Source: the human T2T-CHM13v2.0 reference genome, Homo sapiens. From it: a DNA stretch of 64,000 nucleotides. The notes beneath the pieces were generated by a model. The model saw nothing but the letters and a program-made list of their open reading frames with translations. It made no database searches and was not told the DNA's origin. The number at the start of each line of letters is the position of its first letter. The stretch's first letter is position 1. A program made the translations under genes and the position numbers. Below are positions 53,894-64,000 of this stretch, in pieces. The DNA is taken from assembly GCF_009914755.1 (NCBI RefSeq), contig NC_060928.1; one strand, given 5' to 3'.

Positions 53894-54247
53894 GTGAGTG
53901 AGCAGACTGGGCAGCTTTCCCCCACTAACAGGAGAGTGTCATGCCCCAGGTGGCCCAGGTCCTTCTGCTGGCCACAGAAGAACCCTGGCATGGAGATGTT
54001 TCTATACAGCTCAGCTCAGGACACTGTTGATCTGTTTGCCTCAGGAGGTAGTTGGACCAGTGTCATTGGGTACTGAGGAGTCAGGGTGGCAGAAATGAAA
54101 GCTGGGACCCAAGGGGCACATTTCACTTCTGGGGACAGGATAGGCTTAGGCGGTCCAAGTAAATCCCTCCTCCCTGGATGAGTTCTGAATCAGTTAGGAA
54201 ATAAGACAAAAGAGGAGGGCATATAGAAGACAAAAACATCACTTTTA

Positions 54248-55006
54248 TTACTGACAGAGCTAACATTAAAGAATATGGCTTCAGATTGTAAGTGGGTCTC
54301 TTGATACTGAACCCCCAAGTTAAACAGCTTTACCTACCTCATCAAAGGTCATGTTAGACACACAAATACACATAGATATTAATATATACAGCCTTGAGGC
54401 AGCCTCAGTCTCAAAAGAGAAGAGAGACTGGGATGTGAATGCTCAGCTTCTCTTTCCAAAATCACTCCATGTCCATAGGGAGGAATAAAGAGTAGGGCTC
54501 AAGGTCAGTAATGTTTAGGGAAAACCTCTTGGAAGCTAGGAGAATGAGAAAGAAGCATTCCCCAACACATAGTCCCTAGAACAAGTAATCTCTCAAAACA
54601 CCAAAAAAACACATTGCCTGACAGCACCTTTTGAGTGGCTTTCTTTAAACACCACAAGAGTGACTTACTACCACTACCCCTGTTAACCTAGACCTTTCAG
54701 AAATCTCTGGAATCTAACAGCAACATTCACCAGAACTGAATTCCTAGTCCATCTTCCTCAGGAGATGACAACCTCCTGACCAGCTGCTGGGCTCAGGAGC
54801 CCCTTTAGAGTGCTGTTGTTTTCTAAAGAAGGGGTTGATCTCAAATGTGACTATCTCACCCTACTCCTATGTATATATCTATGTATGTTTGTGTGTCTAG
54901 CATGACCTGTGACTAGGTAGGTAAATGTTTTTAGTTTCGGGGTTCAGTATCAGGAGACCCACTTATAATCAGAAGCCATATTCTTTAACATTAGCTCTGT
55001 CAGTAA
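54248..55006. repeat. Long inverted repeat: arms 54248-54379 and 54875-55006, 132 bp each, 495-bp spacer
   Basis: Ungapped hand alignment of arm 1 to the reverse complement of arm 2 gives 115/132 identities. Confidence 0.95.
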
Positions 55007-55149
55007 CATGTGGAAGATGTGGAAAGCTACAGCCCTGATGTGGAAAGCTTCTCCCTCAGTCTTTCTCCACCCTCTTATCATCACCCTTCTCTTATCACTC
55101 TCTCTTTCTCTCTCTCTCTTTTTTTTTTTTTTTTAAATATCCCTGGCAG

Positions 55150-55638
55150 CTTCAACAAACTTTCTAAAGTGACAATTGCAAGGGAAAGGCACATGCCTGG
55201 TGCAGCCCATGTGGTAGGTAGTCAGACACTGGCTTCCAGACTCCAAACTTCTATCAAGGGTTCAGAGGCTGAGTCCACACCACCCTCCTTCATGAGCGTT
55301 CACGCCCAACTTGCTGGGTCTCTTGGTGGGCAGCCAGCACCCATCCAGACTCAAAGCCTCAGCCATGATCCAGTCAGTGGAACTCAGGGTTTAGAAAAGA
55401 AAGTCAGTCCTGATCCTCAGAAGAGTTCAGAAGACATCAGAACAGAGGCTTTGGCCAAGGAAATTGTCCACCAAGACAAATCTCTAGCAGACATTTTGGA
55501 TCCAGACTCCAGGCTGAAGACAACAATGGACCTGATGGAAGGTTTGTTTCCCCGAGATGTGAACTTGCTGAAGGAAAACAGTGTAAAGAGGAAGGCCATA
55601 CAGAGAACTGTCAGCTCTTCAGGATGTGAAGGCAAGAG
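55150..55638 (+). CDS. SHROOM3: SHROOM3 coding exon (exon 8), 489 nt, phase 2-2; start of the ASD2 (ROCK-binding) region: EALAKEIVHQDKSLADILDPDSRLKTTMDLMEGLF
   Basis: Long CT/T tract then ccctggcag| at 55149, and donor AG|gtaagt at 55639. Lies within ORF 55010..55642. Confidence 0.96.
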
Positions 55639-55859
55639 GTAAGTCCCTGGTGATGTCCTCAGAGAGACTTACAATCACACTCCTTCCATGGGGATGATGA
55701 TAAGTCTAGGACTAGTTGCCTGATGTTCTCCTACTGCCACAGCTCCTGAACCAAGAGTGACATTTTATCTCAGTCTTGGAGGAATGGCTCTGGCAGTGAG
55801 GATGTGGGACAGATATGCAACAACAAAGAAAGTAATAGTAATAATTATAATAATTGCCA

Positions 55860-56060
55860 TTAGTACCCATTGTTAACGTTGTGTGTCAAACATTGTATTA
55901 ATTTATTTATATCAACATTATTTAATTTTCACAAGAACTTTCTGAGGTGGCTACCAATTTTACCTCCATTTACAAATGAGGAAACTGAAGTACAGAGGAA
56001 TTAAGACCATGCTCACCAAGGTCATTGAACATGTGAGTGATGGCACCTGGATTTGATCAC
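55860..56060 (-). mobile_element. MIR SINE
   Basis: tttaattttcacaagaactttctgaggtgg...ccatttacaaatgaggaaactgaagtacagagg. Confidence 0.75.
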
Positions 56061-58245
56061 AGCCCCATGACTGTGCCTGTCTCCAGCAATTACACAGTGC
56101 CCCCAGCTCAGCAAAGGTGTACTTGCCGGTTCTGTATCAGAGCTGCTCTGGCAGAGAGGCCCTCAGAGCTCGGTGCTGGGAAAGGAGCAAGTGGAAGTGG
56201 TGAGCGTGGCCAACGTCTTGCCAAGACTGAGAGGGGAAGGGCTTTGTAAGGAGGAGAGCCTAGAGAAATAGATTCGTGTACTACACTGACCCTTACCTCT
56301 GAGGCATTAAGGTGGGTGTTGGCGCAAATCCTGAAAATCAGGAAAGGTCTGAGTAGGAGCGCACTGTCTGGTTTGGCCCAGTCCGTGAGCCTCTGCTTCT
56401 GAAGCTCCTTGAGCCAGCCATGTAACACGTGTCCCAGTGTGCAGTCTGTGCTTTTCATTTCTCCTGGGTTACTGCAGTATTTTCTTGCATGTTTTATTTC
56501 CTTAAAAGACTACTATGAGAAAGACTGAGTAGCTTTCATTTTCTCTTAAATTTTCAGTGAAATCTTTGTGGATTGACAGTCTGGGACTCAGCAGTTAGTG
56601 GCTTCCAGACTAAATAAAAACAGAACATTTTATCCAAATTTGGGATTGCATTTTAAAAATTTCCAACTGATCCTAACTAAATTACTAACAGGAACACCAC
56701 GTTTCATTTTATGGGGGAGAGAGAAAGGAAAGAGCTATGTGATACTTACAAGCTATTTGTCACATTGTCAGAGGCTCTTCTGATTCAAGGCCTTAACTGT
56801 CACCTTGTCCATTTCACTGCTTTTATTTTCAGATTTGGGAAACAGACTAATTGAGGTGAAGTGATTTATCCAGGGTCATGTCTTTAGCAAACACATACTG
56901 AGCACCTACAATGTGCAAGGCAATCCACTGGGTACTATGGGGACCCCAAAGATAAGATTTTTGTAGGTGTGCCAGTCAGTTCACCATGGGTGGTTGCAGT
57001 ATGGTCATTCTGTTCTCTGACCACTGGCTGAAGGACCAAAGTAACATCCTTAGCAAAGTATTTCCTAGCATTACCACTGGAAATATATGTTTGCTCCGTC
57101 AGTTTAGAAGCAGAATGGTCATGGAGCTTTTGCAGCACTGAGACCTTCCTGGGGATTTAAAAAAAAAAAAAAAAAGGCATGCGCCATCTCCTGGTGGAAA
57201 TAAGCATTGTCCTGTTGGGCATGAGATGGCCAGTAGCCATTGTGAGGGTTGGTCAGATGCCAGAGAATCCCATTTGTAATGCGGTGGACATATCTGAAAA
57301 CAAAAACAAACAAAAATGTATCAGAAAATCTTTTCCCTGTCTTTCAATTAACTGGATTAAATGTGGTCATTGTTGCTTACTGGGACAGTTATCAAGCAGG
57401 AAACTAGTAAAGATGATTTTTTGTGTGTGTGGTTCCTAATTTCATAGTAAAATGATGGGCTAGATGTTAAATAATATCACAAGATTAAATAAAGTTCCTC
57501 TCCAAGAGAATCGTACTTCCATAGAGTCATTTATTCAGTGGGTAGGATATGAATTATAGGCTGAAAGGCAACTCAAATGTGGTAAAACAGAGAACTACTA
57601 GATAGCAGGTTTCTCAATTCTGAGTTTTTTCTTCAGCCTTAAAACATCCCTATTATATTATCAATGAGTAGATTTTATATCTTGTATTAGTTCACTGCGG
57701 ACCAGCAAACTGCAGATTTCCCAGGATTATATGGGATAGCAGGCACACTTGAGAAGGAAAAATTTTGTGTGTTCAAGCAACAGTGCATAGTAGGCACTAG
57801 AAAGATTACATGTAACCAAAGGAGTATAGGAAATAATTGACCTAAAACCTGAGGTTTGTGCAGCACCTTGAAAATACTTTCACATTGATTGAGTCATGGT
57901 TCCACACTGCCTTTCTCTGAAATAAGGAGTCAGTGTCGTTCTTATATGAATCACAAAAGCAGAGAGGTTAAATGTCTTCTCCAGAGTCAGCTGGCGAGGC
58001 CATAGCCTTGACTCCCACTGTCATCCCTAATGCTGCTTTTGGTGGTTTTCCATCCCAAGTTTGCCTGGCTTCAACAGCCCTGTACATAGTAATCACTCAT
58101 TAGTTAACAGTTACTAGTTTATCCTAATTTCTGGGAAAGAAATTAAATAGAATTGTTACGCACTTCTGAATGGACTGACATCTGCAGTGAAACAAAGCCT
58201 CTGGCGTGATCTGTGTGGCTATACTTTGTGCTCTTTTTGGCCCAG

Positions 58246-58396
58246 GAATGAAGACAAGGAAGCAGTGAGCATGTTGGTTAACTGCCCTGCCTACTACAGT
58301 GTGTCTGCTCCCAAGGCTGAGCTACTGAACAAAATCAAAGAGATGCCAGCAGAAGTGAATGAGGAAGAGGAACAGGCAGATGTCAATGAAAAGAAG
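58246..58396 (+). CDS. SHROOM3: SHROOM3 coding exon (exon 9), 151 nt, phase 2-0; NEDKEAVSMLVNCPAYYSVSAPKAELLNKIKEMPAEVNEEEEQADVNEKK (ASD2)
   Basis: Acceptor ctctttttggcccag| at 58245 and donor AAG|gtaaat at 58397. Carries the YYSVSAPKAELL ASD2 motif. Confidence 0.96.
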
Positions 58397-58539
58397 GTAA
58401 ATAAAGAATGGGATGCCCTTGTTCAGCTTTCCTCAGAAAAATTGACAAGGTCCATGTAATCAGCGTGGTGACTGGGCCTCTTGAGGCAGGTGGGGAAAGG
58501 ACCTGTCACATCACCAGATTGCACCAAAATCATTAGACT

Positions 58540-58700
58540 TTGGATTTACATGGCACTTTAACTAATTTCCTCTTAGCTTTTCTGTGAGTAGGCAGGGCAG
58601 GTAAGCTACTGTACTTTTCGTTTTTACAAATAACAGAAGTGAAGCTTAGAGGGATTATTAGAAGTCTCATAGCCAGGACTTGAACCCAAGTCCCTAGCCT
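58540..58700 (-). mobile_element. MIR SINE
   Basis: tttttacaaataacagaagtgaagcttagaggg...gccaggacttgaacccaagtc. Confidence 0.6.
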
Positions 58701-59724
58701 CCTAATCCAGCACCAGGACCCCGACACTGTTCTCAGCTGCTGGTTGGCCAGTGCCAACGGTGTGTGTAATTTTCTTGTTTCATAGTCAAAAGGAAAATTT
58801 TAAAATCTAGAAACTTTTTTTAGGGAAGGAGGCCAATTGTTAAATGACACTTCTGAGAAAAAGTAATATTAACCTTTATATCTTCCCCAGCCCTTTTTGA
58901 GGGACTTCAGCGAATAGCTTGAAAGTGCAGTGCTGGAATCTAGTTGTTAGCATTTGATACTCCTACAGAGATTTCAAATGTTAAGACACTTAAAAAATGA
59001 CCGTGATGCTGCTGCTGTCTTCCCACATGCCATGGAGATCTAAACTGGGCTGTGTCTGCAGGGGAGAAAGTTCTCGCCTTCCACTTTCTCTATAGCACCA
59101 GAGGGGCTGCCTTCTGCTGTGCTTGCAGCTCTCTATGCAGCTCAGGCATGTGTGCTGCAAAGGAAAGCTTGCTTGCTTCTTGCTGAGCCTGGAAGGTAAG
59201 TGGTTTTCAGTGATCCTGATTCCAGGAGAAACTTTCTAGGGTGATTTTATTTCATTTGATCTACAATGTGTCCCAAGCTGTCTTGTCTGTTGGAATGAAA
59301 CCACAGGATATAGACCCTAGGAGCAGAGGGTAACTGGACAGGAGGGATCTTTGCAGCACCTCTGGGTCATGGCTAACATGCTGATGCAACCATTGTAGTA
59401 GCAAGCTCCCTGCTAGCCCAAAGTTTTCCTATTTACATACTTGTCATTGTATACCCCTGATATATATACCTACCCCAGCACTGCTGAGCACTTCATTTAA
59501 CGGGTCCCCTGATTGCAAATAAGACCACTTGGCTTTTGGTCTGTCTATATTTATCCCAAAGAGAGAGCTATGTATACACCCTTACATGTATCACGTTGCC
59601 ATGGCATCTTTAACTGAACGTTTTACACAATTTTTTTGTTATTTTGTTTTCTGCCTTTGGGCATACCTGCTTTACAGTTGCAGTGTGGCAAATACTCATT
59701 GCTTTTCCTCCCTATCTTAATTTT

Positions 59725-59950
59725 TAAGTGTTTTTTTTTCTAAGTTTTATTTTAGAATCGGGGCATAGGCAGGTTTGTTACAAAGGTATATTGCATGATC
59801 CTGAGGCTTGCTGTATGATTGTATGCATCAACCAGGTAGCGAGCATAGTACCCAATAGGTAGTTTTTTAACCTTTGTCCCCTTTCCTTCCAACCCTCTTT
59901 TATTCCCCAGTGTCTGCTGGTCCCATATTTATGTCCATGTGTACCCAATT
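59725..59950 (-). mobile_element. Older L1PA 3' end fragment
   Basis: ttttattttagaatcgggg..gcaggtttgttacaaaggtatattgcatgat...gagcatagtacccaataggtagtttttt. Confidence 0.8.
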
Positions 59951-60707
59951 AACTGTTTTCCCATCACTTTCAATTATCACCCTCTCACTCGAAGCATTAT
60001 GTGGCAAAAAGTATTTTTAGACTGAGAATATGAAGAAATAGAGAATTCATCCATCCTCACGGGAAACAACATTAGGTAGTATGTATTTCATTCCAAGTGT
60101 GGGCTATGTATTTGATTTTCTTTTCAACACAATGCTGTACTATCTTACTTGCACAAAACTCCTCTGACACTTGTACTACCACATTTTATGCTAATCAGAA
60201 TTAGAGAATTTAAGGGCTGGGGTCACACAGTTAATAGATGCTAAAGTCAGATTTAACCTTATGTCTTTCTGACCCCAAAGCCTGCTAAAAATTGCTCCCA
60301 GGTCAGCTGCCTTTAAACCTTGCTGCCCTGGGAACTGAGCTAAACTGGAGGTTCTCTGGGTATAACTAACCAGAGCTAGAGTTTGAGATTAAAACCAGTT
60401 AAAACCCATTTTAAACCAAAAATATGAGAACAGCAGTGTCCGTGACTTGAGGACTGAGGAGTTTCGAGTCATTTGGAGTGCCTTTTGGGGGAGTCACGGG
60501 CTTAGGAAGACAAAACCCCACTCAGGGTGGAAGAGATCTTAGGGAGAGGAAATGTCACAGCCACATAACCAGGGCCTGGCACCTAGCACGTGCTCAATAA
60601 ACATTTGTTTCATGAAGTTATAAAGTGCAAAACTCCCAAGTTGGAGTTTACCGTTTAACTGAAGAAAAATATCCAGAAGCCCACTGTGGAAAGGTTATAG
60701 GATTCGA

Positions 60708-60787
60708 GTCTATGGCCTTGCTATCCTCAACACATTTGATCTCAGAAGCTGACCAGGGTCAGGCCTGGTTAGTACTTGGATGGGAGA
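60708..60787 (+). pseudogene. 5S rRNA pseudogene, 3'-truncated
   Basis: gtctatggcc...gatctcagaagctgaccagggtcaggcctggttagtacttggatgggaga versus 5S GTCTACGGCC...GATCTCGGAAGCTAAGCAGGGTCGGGCCTGGTTAGTACTTGGATGGGAGA. Lacks one GATCTC-containing 10-nt unit and the last ~30 nt. Confidence 0.9.
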
Positions 60788-61626
60788 TCATGGTATTAGA
60801 ATTCAGAAGAAAAAAAAATCTGGAAGTTAAGCAACTAGTTTGTCCTTTCTTGACCCTTTTTTCTTAATAAAATGGAAGTGGTAATGATCTCTCACATAAT
60901 AGTTGTGGGGTCAAATTAACTGACATATATGAATGTGCTTTTTGAGCTGCAGGGTGTAAGAGCATATAATATCTTAACAGAGAAGTGTTTAAGGCAATGT
61001 CATGTAAGTATGCAAATGTTGATGGCATCTGGTATCTTTCATGTTAAGATGTTCAGTGAGAAGGTGCCTTATTGCCAACAAGGCTAGGCACTTTCCTAAA
61101 TCAGACTCTTACGAGGAAAAACAGCTCACATTTGTTTTCTCTCTTCACTGTGGAAAATGTTGCCCACAGCACCAGGGGGATGATACCCACTTGCCCTGTG
61201 GGCTTATCTGGCTCTTCAGGGATAAAGAAAGATGAGAAAAGGCCATTTAGTTAATGAGGCCTCCACATCCAGTTAGAATTTCCTTCGGTTCCTTCTTCCC
61301 TCAATCCTTTCTTCTAAGGCTGTAAGTGGCCTGAGGGTTTGCATCACTTTGTGAGTGTAAAATGTTAGGCTCATAAATGCTTAGTGAGAACACACCTTCT
61401 CTGTTTCAGACACTGTGCTCTGCCTTGGGCATACAAACATGAATAAGACACTGTGTCTGCTTTCCTGGAACTTTAGACTGGCAAGAGAGGTGGATTATTT
61501 TAGCACTACATTATTGGTCTTCTGATAGACACATGGACTCTACTGGGGGAGCCCAAAGGAGCAGTTCCTGACTCAAGAGAGTAGAGTCAGATTTTACCTC
61601 CTCCAGGAAGATAAAACCTGAGATCA

Positions 61627-62343
<717 letters not shown>

Positions 62344-63229
62344 TCACAAGAGCCAGTAGGTCATAAGGTCATGTAGGGCTTTGTGTGAAATGCTGAAGTT
62401 CGGATTTTATCATATGACAATGGAGAACCCTTTGAGATTTTAGTTTGTTGTAATGAACTACAAGTTTATAAATGTGTAATTGAATTTTCATTGGTATCAC
62501 TTACATTTACATATCTGATTTGGAAACACAAAGTTTTAAATAAGTGATGTTGTTGAAAACATCTTTAATATATTCAGCAAAATGCAGTTTTCTTCCTGAA
62601 ATACAACAAGCTTTTCTAATGATGGTTTAGAAAAATGATACTTGGTCAATATCCATTCTCCAATATTGTTTTGAGGTAGAATGTAGCCTTTGACCAACTT
62701 TTGCAAAGTAATAATTTGTTATTTAATATTTAAAGTTATTAATAACCTAAGATATATATCTAGGCTAGGAACTAGAGTCTTGGTTTACTAATAACTATTT
62801 TATAAATTAAAAATAACACTTTAGTTTCACTTTGATATTTCTATTTATATATCCTAGATGATGAATAATATTCCAAGTAAATGTAAGTATCAGTTAAAAT
62901 ATGAAACTTCCATTGTCTGAACTTTTGATATACGTAAAACTAAAGACAGTGTAAATAATCAGAGCTGTCAATTTTTTGGCTAAAGCCTGCCTTATTATTA
63001 AGCAAAATTCTACTTAAACCAATCACATAATTCCCTATTCTGAAGTCCAACAGGCTTTGGCTTCAGAAACTTAGAGGAATATTTCAAAAGGCAAAAGGAA
63101 TCTATTGTTCCTCTGAGTCAGCTTTTCTCAGGAGATCACTGGTTCTCAGCTGCCCATTCCCGCTGCTCTTCCTTCATTCCTGAAGTTCCAGCTCTCCCTC
63201 TGGTCTTACTTCCTTTCAGTATTTATTTC

Positions 63230-63900
63230 AGAATAGGTCTGCTGATAACACATTCTTTTAGTTTTCTCCATCTAGGAATGTCTTTATTCCACTGTCACCC
63301 TTGAAGGGCATTTTCACTGGATATGGGATTCTGGGTTGAGTTGACTCTTTTCTTTCAGTACTTAACAAATGTTCACTTTCCTCTTGCTTCCATGGTTTCT
63401 AATGAGAAATGCACAGTCCTTTAAATATTGGCTCCTCCTGTATGCAATGTGTTGTTTTCCTCTGGCCACTCTCTTTCGTCTTTAGCATTTTGATTATGAT
63501 TTGGATGGACTTAGTTTTCTTTGAGTTGATCGTATTTGGGGTTTGCTGAGCCTCTTGATTCTGTAAATTTATGTCTTTCACCAAATTCTGGAAGTTTTCA
63601 GCCATTCTGTCTTCAAATATTCTTAATGCATTAATCTTCTCCCTCCAGGACTTTAGTGACTAGTGATACAGTATTTCAATGACAGTTCATATTGTCCCAC
63701 AAGCTCCATTCATTTTTTTTTAAATCTGTTTTCTTTCAGTCCTTCAGATTGGATAATTTCTGTTGGTCTGTTTTCAAGTTCACTGACTTTCCTATCTCCA
63801 TTCTGCCAGTGATTTTTTTTTTTTTTAATTTCAAATATTATAGTTTTCAGTTCTAAAATTTACATTTAAAAAATAGTTTCTATTTCTTTGCTGAGAAGGT
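63230..63900 (-). mobile_element. Old L1 (L1ME-like) ORF1 fragment
   Basis: Minus-strand ORF MAENFQNLVKDINLQNQEAQQTPNTINSKK...IIIKMLKTK resembles L1 ORF1p. Confidence 0.85.
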
Positions 63901-63936
63901 CTCTTTTTAAAGTTGTTTTAAAGACTCTTGTAGATT

Positions 63937-64000
63937 CTGGGCACAGTGGCTCATGCCTGTAACCCAGCACTTAGGGAGGCCAAGGCAGGCGGATCTCTTG
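63937..64000 (+). mobile_element. Alu 5' end, cut by the window edge
   Basis: ctgggcacagtggctcatgcctgtaacccagcacttagggaggccaaggcaggcggatc. Confidence 0.85.

Noticed and set aside
53212-53991. 259-aa minus-strand ORF
   Set aside because: Antisense shadow of GC-rich exon 7 with no recognisable domain.
55016-55049. Short direct repeat GATGTGGAAAGCT x2 beside the inverted-repeat arm
   Set aside because: Only 13 bp; not a TSD of the inverted repeat because both copies lie on the same side.

Overview
This is human (primate) genomic DNA from inside the SHROOM3 gene, which lies on the + strand. Seven GT-AG coding exons splice into one continuous open frame: 8861-8992, 29509-29640, 37465-40630, 47718-47791, 53012-53893, 55150-55638 and 58246-58396 (5026 nt in total). 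By recall these are exons 3-9 of the long PDZ-containing isoform. They encode the post-PDZ linker, the ASD1 actin-binding region, the EVH1-ligand polyproline region and the start of the ROCK-binding ASD2 domain; the gene start and end lie outside the window. The introns carry Alu, MIR, L1, L2, Tigger and THE1 elements and a 5S rRNA pseudogene. There is no CRISPR array, prokaryotic system or second protein-coding gene, and I found no clearly new multi-gene system. The most unusual structures are: an ungapped 132-bp inverted repeat (87% identity) in the intron before the first ASD2 exon; a 389-bp, ~97% identical non-tandem duplication that copies a strong 3' splice site; a TSD-bounded L1 insertion carrying ~950 bp of extra sequence (probable 3' transduction); an intronic exon candidate with a strong-Kozak ATG in frame with exon 4; and an AluYa5 that creates a close inverted Alu pair. 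Repeat subfamily calls and exon numbering come from memory of consensus sequences, not from database searches.
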